DNA of 64,000 bases from Alphaproteobacteria bacterium. GTDB taxonomy: Bacteria; Pseudomonadota; Alphaproteobacteria; UBA828. Below the pieces are notes generated by a model that saw nothing but the letters and a program-made list of their open reading frames with translations, was not told the DNA's origin and searched no databases. How positions within the stretch are numbered: position 1 is the first letter of the stretch; each line of letters begins with the position of its first letter. The stretch lies in NCBI GenBank assembly GCA_963667785.2, contig CAXXMU010000006.1:576001-640000 (forward strand). The letters run 5' to 3'. Made by a program: the position numbers and the translations under genes. Of this stretch, positions 48,423 through 58,240 are shown piece after piece.

Positions 48423-48503
48423 GCGAAGGCCGCGGCGGCGGGATATGTGCAACCCGTACCGGCGGCGTGCGTCGCGGGCGCCGCACACGGCAAGGGAGGC
48501 CCC

Positions 48504-49949
48504 ATGAGCGCCGATATCGGAGCCCTGTTCGACGCGCGCGATTCGCTCGAGATCGCAAGCCTCGTGAAGGCGGGCGAGGTGAGCCCGAGCGAGCTCGCCG
48601 AGGAGGCGATCCGCCGCATCGAGACGCTCAACCCCGTGCTGAACGCCGTCTCCATCCCGCTCTTCGACTATGGCCGCAAGGTGGCCGCCGACCCGGCGCT
48701 CCCCGATGGCCCCTTCAGGGGCGTGCCCTTCCTGCTCAAGGATCTCGGCACGCTCTGGGAGGGCATCCCGCTGGTGAACAGCTGCCGCTACTTCAGGGAC
48801 TTCGTCTGCCCCGCCGACATGACCTACACGCGCCGCATCAAGCAGGCGGGATTCGTGCTGCTCGGCCGCAGCAACGCGCCCGAGTTCGGTTGGTGCCTCG
48901 CGACCGAGCCCACCCTCTTCGGCCGCACCAGCAACCCCTGGAACCTCGAGCGCACACCCGGCGGCTCGAGCGGCGGCGCTGCGGCGGCGCTGGCGGCGCG
49001 CATGGTGCCCTTTGTCGATGCGAGCGACGGCGCCGGCTCGACCCGGGTGCCGGCCTCCCACTGCGGGCTGGTCGGGCTCAAGCCCTCGCGCGGCCGGGTG
49101 ACGCTCGACCCTTTCCCTGACTACTGGTACGGCGGCGCCACCTTCCTCACCGTCACCCACACGGTGCGCGAGACCGCAGCCTATCTCGATGCCGTCGGCG
49201 GCCGGGTGACCGGCGACGTCTACTACACGGACATGCCCGAGACCCCCTACCTGGACGAGGTGGGCAGGGAGCCCGGCACGCTCCGTATCGGCGTCACCAC
49301 CGCCTCGCCGGACGGCAGGCCCCTCCACGAGGAGGTGGTGCGCGCGGTGCAGGATGCCGCCGCGCTCTGCGAGAGCCTCGGCCACGCGGTGGAGGAGCGC
49401 CCGCTCGCGCTGGACTGGGAGCGCTTCTGGGGCGCCTATACGCGCATGACCGCCGCGCAGACCGCGTCCGGCTTCGAGGATTCGGAGGCGCTGATCGGCC
49501 GGCCCGTGACCGAGGACGACGTGGCCCCCCTCATCTGGGGGCTGATCCGGAAGGGCAAGGCCATCGACGGCCCGCAGCACTACCGCGACGTGAACGAGCT
49601 CCGCCTGATGAGTCGCGAGCTGATCGCACACCTCGCGGACTGCGACGTGCACGTCATGCCGGTGATCGGCCATCCCGCTCGCCCGCACGGCCACTATCCC
49701 ATGACCGCAGCCGACCCCGACCACTACAACGCCGAGATCATGGGACCGGATGCCGTCTTCACCGCGCCCTTCAACGCGAGCGGCTTGCCCGCCATGTCGC
49801 TGCCGCTGCACATGACGGCGGACGGGCTGCCGGTCGGCGTGCAGCTGGTCGGCCGCGAGTGCGACGAGGCGACGCTCTTCCGCCTCGCCGGCCAGCTCGA
49901 GGCGGCGAAGCCCTGGAAGGGACGCCGGCCGCCGATACTCGCCAACTGA
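48504..49949 (+). CDS. Amidase-signature family amidase
   Basis: GVPFLLKDL, TPGGSSGGAAA and SDGAGSTRVPAS (Ser-cisSer-Lys triad). Confidence 0.93.
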   Translation: MSADIGALFDARDSLEIASLVKAGEVSPSELAEEAIRRIETLNPVLNAVSIPLFDYGRKVAADPALPDGPFRGVPFLLKDLGTLWEGIPLVNSCRYFRDFVCPADMTYTRRIKQAGFVLLGRSNAPEFGWCLATEPTLFGRTSNPWNLERTPGGSSGGAAAALAARMVPFVDASDGAGSTRVPASHCGLVGLKPSRGRVTLDPFPDYWYGGATFLTVTHTVRETAAYLDAVGGRVTGDVYYTDMPETPYLDEVGREPGTLRIGVTTASPDGRPLHEEVVRAVQDAAALCESLGHAVEERPLALDWERFWGAYTRMTAAQTASGFEDSEALIGRPVTEDDVAPLIWGLIRKGKAIDGPQHYRDVNELRLMSRELIAHLADCDVHVMPVIGHPARPHGHYPMTAADPDHYNAEIMGPDAVFTAPFNASGLPAMSLPLHMTADGLPVGVQLVGRECDEATLFRLAGQLEAAKPWKGRRPPILAN

Positions 49950-49980
49950 ACGGCACAGCCCCGCCGACAGGGAGACCGCC

Positions 49981-50766
49981 ATGACCTCACAGTTCGCCAC
50001 GGACGCATTCGCCGGCCAGACCGTGCTCATCACCGGCGCCACCTCGGGCATCGGCGAGGGCACGGCCAGGGCCTTCGCCGCCCACGGCGCCAACGTCATG
50101 CTCAACGGCCGCGACGAGGCGCGCGGCGCGGCCGTGCTGGAAGAAATCGCGAGCGGCGGCGGCAGCGCCGCCCTCAGCCTCGGCGACGTGGCGGACTCCG
50201 CCTATTGCGACCGGCTGGTGGCCGAGACGACGGACCGCTTCGGCCGGCTCGACGTGCTCTTCAACAACGCCGGCATCTGCGACTACGGAACGGTCGACGA
50301 GATGGCGGACGACAATTGGCATCGGCTGATCGGCATCAACGTGAGCGGCAGTTTCTTCATGGCGCGCGCCTCCGTGCGCCAGATGAAGGCGCAAGGCGAC
50401 GGCGGCGCGATCGTGAACATGGCCTCGGAATGCGCGCTGATCGCCTACGAGCGCCTGCCCGCCTACAGCGCGACCAAGGGCGCTATCGCCATGCTGACCA
50501 AGTGCATGGCGATCGACCACGCGAAGGACGGCATCCGCGTCAACGCGGTCTGCCCCGGCGATATCGACACGCCGATGATGGATCAGGGCTGGGACAAGAG
50601 CCTGACTGCAGCGGAGATCCGCGGGAAGCTCAAGCTCCACATCCCGCTCGGCAAGGTGGGCGAGCCGCTCGATATCGCCAACGCGGTGATGTACCTCGCC
50701 TCCGACGCCGCCGGCTTCGTCACCGGCGCCCTGCTCGCGATCGACGGCGGAACGACGGCCCGATAA
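49981..50766 (+). CDS. SDR-family oxidoreductase
   Basis: TGATSGIG, FNNAG and YSATK motifs. Confidence 0.93.
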   Translation: MTSQFATDAFAGQTVLITGATSGIGEGTARAFAAHGANVMLNGRDEARGAAVLEEIASGGGSAALSLGDVADSAYCDRLVAETTDRFGRLDVLFNNAGICDYGTVDEMADDNWHRLIGINVSGSFFMARASVRQMKAQGDGGAIVNMASECALIAYERLPAYSATKGAIAMLTKCMAIDHAKDGIRVNAVCPGDIDTPMMDQGWDKSLTAAEIRGKLKLHIPLGKVGEPLDIANAVMYLASDAAGFVTGALLAIDGGTTAR

Positions 50767-50809
50767 GCGCGCCTCCGATCCGGTCGGCATGGCTGCCCAG
50801 AGGTCCGCG

Positions 50810-51616
50810 ATGGATCATCGATGCATCAGGTTCGAGCGGCGGGGGTCGGTCGCGCTTGTGACGCTCGACCGGCCCGAACGCGCCAATGCGATGAACCGCA
50901 CCATGCTGGCGGAGCTCAGTGCGGCGTGCGACACGGTCGAGGCCGACGAGACCATTGGCGCGCTCGTCGTGACCGGCGCGGGCGGGGTCTTCTCCTCTGG
51001 CTTCGATCTCAAGGAGCAGGCGGAGGCCCCGCCGGAAGGCGTCGCCCAGTGGCGCGCCGTGCTGCGCGACGACTTCGACACCGTGATGCGCTTCTGGCAC
51101 CTCTCCACGCCGACGGTCGCTGCGGTGCGCGGCCCGGCGCTTGCCGGTGGCTGCGAGCTCGCGCTCGCCTGCGACGTAACCGTCGCCGCCGAGGACGCCC
51201 GCTTCGGCGAGCCCGAGCTGCGCTTCGGCGCCGGCATCGTCGTCATGCTGCTGCCGTGGCTCGCCGGGCCCAAGCATGCGAAGGAAATCCTGCTCTCGGG
51301 CGAGGACGAGATCGACGCCCGGCGCGCCTGCGAGATCGGCCTCGTCAACCGCGTCGTGGCGAATGGCGAGGAGGTGGATGCCGCGCTCGCGCTCGCCAGC
51401 CGCATGGCTTCAATCGAGCCCGCGCTCCGCGCGCGCACCAAGGCCACGATCAACCGCATGTACCGGATGATGGGCTTCGACGCGGCGCTCGAGATGGCGC
51501 TCGATCAGGATCTCCTGATCGAGGCCGAGGGCACGGCAACCAAGCGGCAGTTCCTCGAGATCACGCGCACGCGGGGCCTGCGCGCCGCCATCGCCTGGCG
51601 CGACGCCAGGGGCTGA
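50810..51616 (+). CDS. Enoyl-CoA hydratase/isomerase family protein
   Basis: FSSGFDL, AGGCELALACD and FGEPE motifs; alternative start at 50789. Confidence 0.9.
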   Translation: MDHRCIRFERRGSVALVTLDRPERANAMNRTMLAELSAACDTVEADETIGALVVTGAGGVFSSGFDLKEQAEAPPEGVAQWRAVLRDDFDTVMRFWHLSTPTVAAVRGPALAGGCELALACDVTVAAEDARFGEPELRFGAGIVVMLLPWLAGPKHAKEILLSGEDEIDARRACEIGLVNRVVANGEEVDAALALASRMASIEPALRARTKATINRMYRMMGFDAALEMALDQDLLIEAEGTATKRQFLEITRTRGLRAAIAWRDARG

Positions 51617-51643
51617 GGCCGGCACGGACGTCGGACGCGCCCG

Positions 51644-52438
51644 TCAGAGGCCAGCCAGCAGATAGACCCCGGCAGCGACCATGGCGACGCCGCCTATGCG
51701 CGCCACCCACTCGCCCCGGGGCGCGAGCTTTTCCGCCACGACGAAGACGGTGATCGCCGCCACCCAGGCGAGGTTCATCACCCCGCCGACGAAGAGAAGC
51801 CCCATCACGACGCCGCAGCAGCCGAGGCAGAAGGCTCCGTGGCCGACGCCCATGCGGAAGGCGCCCCACCCGCCCGGCCGCCAGTGCCCCATGATGAAGG
51901 CCATCGGCGAGCGGCAATGCTTGAGGCAGGCGTATTTCAGCGGCGTCCACTGGTAGACGCCAGCAGCGAGGAAGAGCGCGCCGCCGAGCATCGTGCTGGT
52001 GGCGACCATCATGGGCGACAGCAGGGCCGCGTTCTGCAGCCCCCACTGCATCGCCGTCGCCGCCACGCTGAAGGCCGCCCAGACCGCGACATAGCCGAGC
52101 GCGAAGAGCGTGGTGGCGCCGAAGGGGCGGCCGCCACTCCTGCTCCGGTCGACGCGGGCGAAGATGAGGATCATGGGCGCCGCGCTCGGCACCATCATCG
52201 CCACCATCATCACCGCCCACATCGCCCACATGAGCAGGCCGTCGGTCACGCTCCAGGCCTGCATCCGCATCATGGCGCCGCCCGCGGCCATGGAGCCCGC
52301 GCCCATATCGCCAGCCATATCGCCCCCCATGTCGAGGGCCATGTCGATGAGATAGAGCCAGGCGAGCACGGCGGCCACCGCGAGCCCGACCAGCACCACC
52401 AGCCGGTCGCGCCGCGCGATCCCCTCGATCAGGGGCAC
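51644..52438 (-). CDS. DUF2182-type predicted metal-binding membrane protein
   Basis: Met-rich loop, MWAVMMVAMMVPS, YQWTPLK.ACL.HCRSP, CLGCC and GGVMN motifs. Confidence 0.88.
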   Translation of the reverse strand: MPLIEGIARRDRLVVLVGLAVAAVLAWLYLIDMALDMGGDMAGDMGAGSMAAGGAMMRMQAWSVTDGLLMWAMWAVMMVAMMVPSAAPMILIFARVDRSRSGGRPFGATTLFALGYVAVWAAFSVAATAMQWGLQNAALLSPMMVATSTMLGGALFLAAGVYQWTPLKYACLKHCRSPMAFIMGHWRPGGWGAFRMGVGHGAFCLGCCGVVMGLLFVGGVMNLAWVAAITVFVVAEKLAPRGEWVARIGGVAMVAAGVYLLAGL

Positions 52439-52451
52439 GTGAACGCGTGCC

Positions 52452-53261
52452 TCAGTCGCACTTGGCCGTGAGGCCGCCGTCCACCACGAGATCGGCCGCG
52501 GTCACGTATCCGGCCTCGTCCGACGCCAGATAGAGCGCCGCATGGGCGACGTCCCAGCCCGAGCCCATGCGGCCCATGGGCACTTGGGCGTGGCGCTTGG
52601 CCACCAGCGCGTCGAGGTCGCCCTTGCCATACTGGGCGGCGAGGCGGGCCTCCACCAGCGGCGTGTGCATGAGGCCGACGGAGATCGAGTTGCAACGCAC
52701 GCCGCGGGCCGCGTATTGCACGGCGACCGCCTTGGTGAACTGCACCAGGCCCGCCTTCGCCGCCGCGTAGGCCGCGTGGTGGTTGCCGATGAAGCGCAGC
52801 CCGGCAACGGACGAGATGTTGACGATGGCGCCCGCGCCCTGCGCCTCCATGACCGGCAGCACGCACCTGGTGGTGAGGAAGGCGCTGGTGAGGTTGAACT
52901 CGAGCTGGGCGGCCCAGTCCTCCTCGCTGAGCTCCACGGGGCCGCCGGGCACCGAGCCGCCGACATTGTTGACCAGCACGTGCAGCCCGCCCCAGTGCTC
53001 GCAGATCGCCGCTATCACCCGCTCGATCTGGGCGCTGTCGGTCACGTCGGCGGTCTCGACGGCGCAGGCGTTGCCCTCGCTCTCGATGATCTGCCGCGTC
53101 GCCTCGGCGGCGGCGGTGTCGCGGTCGAGGGCCACGACGCGCGCGCCTTCGCGAGCAAACAGCACGGCGGTGGCGCGGCCGTTGCCCCAGCCGGGGCCGA
53201 CCGAGCCCGCGCCCGTGATCAGCGCGACCGTGCCGCCGAGACGCCCTGCCATGTCTGTCAC
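52452..53261 (-). CDS. SDR-family oxidoreductase
   Basis: TGAGSVGPGWGNGRA, YAAAK and GLMHTP motifs. Confidence 0.92.
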   Translation of the reverse strand: MTDMAGRLGGTVALITGAGSVGPGWGNGRATAVLFAREGARVVALDRDTAAAEATRQIIESEGNACAVETADVTDSAQIERVIAAICEHWGGLHVLVNNVGGSVPGGPVELSEEDWAAQLEFNLTSAFLTTRCVLPVMEAQGAGAIVNISSVAGLRFIGNHHAAYAAAKAGLVQFTKAVAVQYAARGVRCNSISVGLMHTPLVEARLAAQYGKGDLDALVAKRHAQVPMGRMGSGWDVAHAALYLASDEAGYVTAADLVVDGGLTAKCD

Positions 53262-53294
53262 TCTACCATGCGGCGGGGGCGTGCCGGCCGCACG

Positions 53295-54203
53295 CTAGGC
53301 TTCAAGGCCGTGATAGAGGCGCGCGATATCCGCGCGGCGACAGATCCACACGTCGTCGTGCTTCAGGACGTGCTCCAGGAAGCGGCGGAGCGCCGCGAGG
53401 CGCGCGGGTCTTCCGATCACGCGGCAGTGCAGGCCCACCGAGAGCATCGAGGGGTGCCCGTCGACTCCTTCCCGGTAGAGCTCGTCGAAGGCCGCGCTGA
53501 GATACTCGGCGAACGCCGCCGGCGATGCGAAGCCGTTCGCCGTGCTGAACTTCATGTCGTTGCTGTCGAGCGCGTAGGGAATGACGAGGTGGCGGCCGCC
53601 GTCCTCCATCTCGAGCCAGTAGGGAATGTCGTCGTCGTAGGCGTCCGAATCGTAGAGCAGACCCCCGCAGTCGATTGCGAGCCGGCGCGAGTTCGCGCTC
53701 ACCCGGCCGCAGTAGAAGCCGACCGGCGCGTCTCCCGTCTGCTCGCGAATCGTCTCCTTGGTCATCAGGATGTGCTCGCGCTCGACCTCCTCCGTGACCC
53801 CGGAATAGTCGAACCACCGCCAGTTGTGGCTCGCGATCTCGAGCCCCTGGCGCGCACAGTGGCGGCCGACCTCGGGGTTGAGCGCGAGGGCGCGGCCGAC
53901 TCCGAAGACGGTCGCCGTGACGCCGAGCTCCTCGAACAGCCGCAGGACGCGCCAGACGCCGGCGCGGGCGCCGTAGCCGTAGAGGCTTTCAGTGTTCAGG
54001 TCCCGCTCGCCCGCGCGCGCCTCGAAGGGGCCGAGCTCGTGGATGTAGCTCTCCGAGGTGGCGTCGTCGTTCAGGACCGTCCGCTCGCCGCCCTCCTCGT
54101 AGTTGAGGACGAGGCTCAGCGCCAGCGGGCTGCGGTCCGCCCAGAGGGGGCGCGGGCGGTGGCGGCCATAGCCGACGAGATCGCGGTCGCTGCTGGTGCT
54201 CAT
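53295..54203 (-). CDS. Polysaccharide deacetylase family, PuuE-like allantoinase
   Basis: RDLVGYG, LNYEEGGE, YGARAGVWR, YDSDAYDDDIPYW, DSNDMKF and GLHCRVIGRP motifs. Confidence 0.88.
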   Translation of the reverse strand: MSTSSDRDLVGYGRHRPRPLWADRSPLALSLVLNYEEGGERTVLNDDATSESYIHELGPFEARAGERDLNTESLYGYGARAGVWRVLRLFEELGVTATVFGVGRALALNPEVGRHCARQGLEIASHNWRWFDYSGVTEEVEREHILMTKETIREQTGDAPVGFYCGRVSANSRRLAIDCGGLLYDSDAYDDDIPYWLEMEDGGRHLVIPYALDSNDMKFSTANGFASPAAFAEYLSAAFDELYREGVDGHPSMLSVGLHCRVIGRPARLAALRRFLEHVLKHDDVWICRRADIARLYHGLEA

Positions 54204-54721
54204 GGGCCGGGGTCCTTCGGCGATCGAGGCGCGGACAGGTCGTGCCAGGTGGTCGGCCTGGAGAAGGTGCGGTCGAAGCCGCCGCCGTTCCAGGTGGTCA
54301 TCTTTCGCGCATGGACGAGAAAGGGCTCTCTCGGGAACCCGAACGTCGTCTCGGCGTAGGCCACGCCGGGCGCGCCGAGATAGCGCTCCGCCATCCTGCG
54401 GGCCGGCGTGATCCAGTCGAAGTCCTGCGCCAGGAACTCCGCCTCGCCGAGGACGCTCACGCGCATGTAGGGCAGGCCGGGATTGTCGACGAGGAGACCG
54501 CAGCGCGGATCGCGGTGCAGGTTCTGCACCATGCTCGTGTGCGCCTTGCTGATCACGAGGAAGGCGCGATCCTGCGCCAGCCAGTCGAACCAGACGGGGC
54601 TCACCACCGGCCAGCCGTCGGCCATCGTGGTGGCGATCTTGGCGAAGATCGCGCCCGAGGTCAGGAAGGCGTCGCGCTCCGCGATCGTCATCCCCCGCCC
54701 GCTGTCGGATGTCATCGCCAT
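54200..54721 (-). CDS. Pyridoxamine 5'-phosphate oxidase-like split-barrel flavin/deazaflavin-binding protein
   Basis: KIATTMADGWPVVSPVWF and NLHRDPRCGLLVD motifs; real gene is the 3' end of a long shadow ORF; ATGA overlap with the PuuE-like gene. Confidence 0.82.
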   Translation of the reverse strand: MAMTSDSGRGMTIAERDAFLTSGAIFAKIATTMADGWPVVSPVWFDWLAQDRAFLVISKAHTSMVQNLHRDPRCGLLVDNPGLPYMRVSVLGEAEFLAQDFDWITPARRMAERYLGAPGVAYAETTFGFPREPFLVHARKMTTWNGGGFDRTFSRPTTWHDLSAPRSPKDPGP

Positions 54722-54895
54722 GGCGCGTCTCCCAGTTCCTGTTGCGGGCTTGCGCGCGGCACCGCCCGCCCGTCGCTCGGGGCGGAAGGATAGGCGCGGC
54801 CGGCAGGCTTTGCACGCTGGCCTGCCGCGCGCAGCGCGTGCGTGATAGGGTTCGCGCGCCGCCGGGCGGGCGCACAACGTGCGAAGGGTCGAGCC

Positions 54896-57325
54896 ATGAG
54901 GGATCAGGCGCGGGTGGTGGTGATCGGCGGCGGCATCGTCGGCTGCAGCGTGCTCTATCATCTGGCGAAGCTCGGCTGGTCCGACGTGGTGCTGGTGGAG
55001 AAGACCGAGCTCACCGCCGGCTCCACCTGGCACGCCGCAGGCCTGCTGCCGCTCTTCAACATGAGCTACAGCGTCGGCCAGCTGCACAAGTACTCGATCG
55101 ACCTCTACCAGCAGCTCGAGGCGGAGACCGGCCAGGCGGTGAGCTTCCATCGCACCGGCAACCTGAGGCTCGCCACCAACCAGGAGCGGATGGACGAGTA
55201 CCGCAACTACTGCGGCACGGCAAACACCATCGGCGTCCCCTTCGAGCTGATCGGCCCGAACGAGATCGGCGCGCTCTGGCCGCTCTGCAATCTCGACGGC
55301 CTGGTGGGCGCCCTCTTCCATCCCCACGACGGGCACGTGGCGCCGGTGGACGTGACCCAGGCGCTGGCCAAGGGCGCGCGCGACCGGGGGGCCGAGATCA
55401 ACCGCAACACCGAGGTGACGGGGATCGAGCGGACCCGCGCCGGCGAGTGGCTGGTGAAGACCACGCGGGGCGACATCACCTGCGAGACGGTGGTGACGGC
55501 CACCGGCTCCTGGGCCCGGCAGGTGGGCGCCATGGTGGGCCTCGACCTGCCGACCATCCCGGTCGAACACCAGTACATCGTCACCGACACCATCCCCGAG
55601 CTGGAGGAGCGGAAGGCGGCGGGCCTCCCCGAAATGCCGGTGCTCAGGGAAAGCGATGCCTCCTACTACATGCGGGAGGAACGCCAGGGCCTGATCCTCG
55701 GGCCCTACGAGAAGGACGCGCCGGCCTGGGCGGTGGACGGCGTGCCGGAGGGTTTCGGGCAGGAGCTGCTGCCGCCGGACATCGAGCGGCTGGAGCCCCA
55801 TATCGAGGCGGCCATCAATCGGGTGCCGATGTTCGGCCGCGCCGGGATCAAGGACTGCGTCAACGGCCCCATTCCCTACACGCCGGACGGCAACCCCCTC
55901 ATCGGCCCGGCCTACGGGCTGCCAAACTTCTGGCTCGCCGAGGGCTTCAGCTTCGGCATCACCGCCGCCGGCGGTGCAGGCTGGCAGCTCGCCGGCTGGA
56001 TCGCGGAGGGCGAGCCCTCGATCGACATGCTGGCGGTCGACCCCCGACGCTTCGGCGCCTACGCCAACAAGCACTACACCAGGACCAAGAACGAGGAGGC
56101 CTACGCCCACGTCTTCATCATCCACTACCCGGACGAGGAGCGCCCGGCGGCGCGCCCCGCCAAGACCAGCCCCTGCCACGAGCGGCTGGCCGCTCGCGGT
56201 GCCGTCTGGGGCCAGCGCTACGGCTGGGAGCGGCCCAACTGGTTCGCGCCGGAGGGCACCGAGCCCAAGGACGACTGGAGCTTCCGCCGCACCAACTATT
56301 TCGAGCCCGTCGCCGCCGAGTGCCGGGCGGTGCGCGAGCGAGCAGGGCTGATCGACATCACCAGCTTCTCCAAGTTCCGGGTATCCGGGCCGGGCGCGGA
56401 GGCGGCGCTCGACCGCGTGCTCGCGAACCGGCTGCCGAAGGCCGCAGGGCGCATCAAGCTCGCCCATGCGCTGACGGTGACGGGCGGCGTGCGCTCCGAG
56501 TTCACGGTGCTGCGCGAAGGGCCGGACTCCTTCTACCTGGTGAGCTCCGGCGCGGCCGAGCGCTACGACCACGACTTCCTGCTGCGCGAGGTGGCCGGCG
56601 ATGGCGTCGCCATCGAGAACATCACCACCGCCCACGGCGTGCTCGTGCTGGCGGGGCCGCGCGCGCGCAACATCCTGCAGGCCGTAACCGACGCCGATCT
56701 CTCCAATCAGGCCTTCCCCTGGCTCACGGCGCAGCCGATCTCCGTCGGCCTCGCGCCGGCCACCGCCATGCGGGTCAACTTCGTGGGCGAGCTCGGCTGG
56801 GAGCTGCACCACCCGATCGAGTACCAGAACCGCATCTTCGACGCCCTGGTCGACGCCGGCGAGGCACACGGCCTCGGCATGTGCGGCATGCGGGCGATGG
56901 ATTCGCTCAGGATCGAGAAGTCCTACCGCATGTGGGGGCAGGACCTCACCATCGAGTACTCCGCCCTCGAGGCGGGCCTCGACCGCTTCGTCGCGCTCGA
57001 CAAGGGCGACTTCGTGGGCCGCGACGCGCTCGTCGCCCAGCGCGACGCGGGCGTGCCGCAGGATTTCGTCACGCTCCGGGTGGAGGCCGGCGACGCGGAT
57101 CCCTGGGGCAACGAGCCGATCTATGACGGCGAGACCATGGTGGGGCGCGCCACCTCGGGCGCCTTCGGTCACACGCTGGGCCGGAGCCTGGCGCTCGGCT
57201 ACGTCGCGGTCGGGCATGCGGAGCCCGGCCGGGCGCTCGCCGTCGAGATCCTGGGCGAGCGCAAGCAGGCCGAGGTGATCCCCGCCTCGCCGGTGGACCC
57301 GGCCAACGAGAAGCTGCGCGCCTAG
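54896..57325 (+). CDS. Dimethylglycine/sarcosine dehydrogenase-like FAD oxidoreductase with GcvT domain
   Basis: IGGGIVG, TAGSTWHAAG, YTPDGNPLIG, GWERPNWF, FVGELGWELH and SLRIEKSY motifs. Confidence 0.93.
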   Translation: MRDQARVVVIGGGIVGCSVLYHLAKLGWSDVVLVEKTELTAGSTWHAAGLLPLFNMSYSVGQLHKYSIDLYQQLEAETGQAVSFHRTGNLRLATNQERMDEYRNYCGTANTIGVPFELIGPNEIGALWPLCNLDGLVGALFHPHDGHVAPVDVTQALAKGARDRGAEINRNTEVTGIERTRAGEWLVKTTRGDITCETVVTATGSWARQVGAMVGLDLPTIPVEHQYIVTDTIPELEERKAAGLPEMPVLRESDASYYMREERQGLILGPYEKDAPAWAVDGVPEGFGQELLPPDIERLEPHIEAAINRVPMFGRAGIKDCVNGPIPYTPDGNPLIGPAYGLPNFWLAEGFSFGITAAGGAGWQLAGWIAEGEPSIDMLAVDPRRFGAYANKHYTRTKNEEAYAHVFIIHYPDEERPAARPAKTSPCHERLAARGAVWGQRYGWERPNWFAPEGTEPKDDWSFRRTNYFEPVAAECRAVRERAGLIDITSFSKFRVSGPGAEAALDRVLANRLPKAAGRIKLAHALTVTGGVRSEFTVLREGPDSFYLVSSGAAERYDHDFLLREVAGDGVAIENITTAHGVLVLAGPRARNILQAVTDADLSNQAFPWLTAQPISVGLAPATAMRVNFVGELGWELHHPIEYQNRIFDALVDAGEAHGLGMCGMRAMDSLRIEKSYRMWGQDLTIEYSALEAGLDRFVALDKGDFVGRDALVAQRDAGVPQDFVTLRVEAGDADPWGNEPIYDGETMVGRATSGAFGHTLGRSLALGYVAVGHAEPGRALAVEILGERKQAEVIPASPVDPANEKLRA

Positions 57326-57367
57326 CCCCCGGCCCCGGCCCCCATCACGAACCATCGAGAGGGAGAC

Positions 57368-58180
57368 ATGGCACTCGCCGAGCGCGACATCTCCGTGGAG
57401 GGACACAGCGTCCATCTCTGGGAGGGAGGCGAAGGCTTCCCCATCCTGATGCTGCACGGCTCCGGCCCCGGCGCCGGCACGGTCGGCAACTGGCGGCTCG
57501 TGCTGGAGCCGCTGGCCGCGCGCTACCGCATCGTCGCCACCGACCTGATCGGCTTCGGCGCCTCGGGCCGCAAGGCGCAGGAGCCCTATTTCGACCTGCC
57601 GCTCTGGCGGCGGCAGGCCCAGGCGGTGCTCGACCTGCTGCCCGAAGGCGAGGCCGGCGTGATCGGCCATTCCCTCTCGGCCAGCCTCGCGCTCGGGCTC
57701 GCCATGGACAATCCGCGCGTCACCAGGGTGATGACCACCGGCGCCATGGGCGCGCCGGCGCGGGTCAACCGGGAGACGGAGATCTGCTGGCGCTTCCCCG
57801 AGACCCGCGACGAGCTGAGGGAAGCGGCGGAGATCCTGGTCCACGATCCCGCCGTCATCACCGATGCCTTCCTCGATGCGCGCATGGCCATCCTGCATGA
57901 CGGCGCGTACGGCCCCTACTTCCGCAGCATGTTTGCCGGCGACAAGCAGCGCTTCATCGACGCGGCGGTGCTCCCGCCCGAGCGGCTGGCAGCGCTGGAG
58001 TGCCGGGTGATGATGCTTCACGGCCGCGATGACCGGCCCTTCCCCTGCGCCGAGAACACGCAGGTGCTCGCCCGCCTGATCCCCAGGGCCGACAGCTTCG
58101 TGATCGCCGAATGCGGCCATTCGCCGGCGCTGGAACATCCTGATAAACTTCTGGCTGCGGCTGAGATGCTGTTCGGCTGA
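57368..58180 (+). CDS. Alpha/beta hydrolase (meta-cleavage-product hydrolase-like)
   Basis: LHGSGPGA, GHSLS nucleophile elbow, HGRDD and CGH motifs. Confidence 0.9.
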   Translation: MALAERDISVEGHSVHLWEGGEGFPILMLHGSGPGAGTVGNWRLVLEPLAARYRIVATDLIGFGASGRKAQEPYFDLPLWRRQAQAVLDLLPEGEAGVIGHSLSASLALGLAMDNPRVTRVMTTGAMGAPARVNRETEICWRFPETRDELREAAEILVHDPAVITDAFLDARMAILHDGAYGPYFRSMFAGDKQRFIDAAVLPPERLAALECRVMMLHGRDDRPFPCAENTQVLARLIPRADSFVIAECGHSPALEHPDKLLAAAEMLFG

Positions 58181-58240
58181 TGCCGCGCCGGGCCTCGAAG
58201 GAGCGGGCACGGGCGCGCCGGCAAGACAATGGAGCGGACG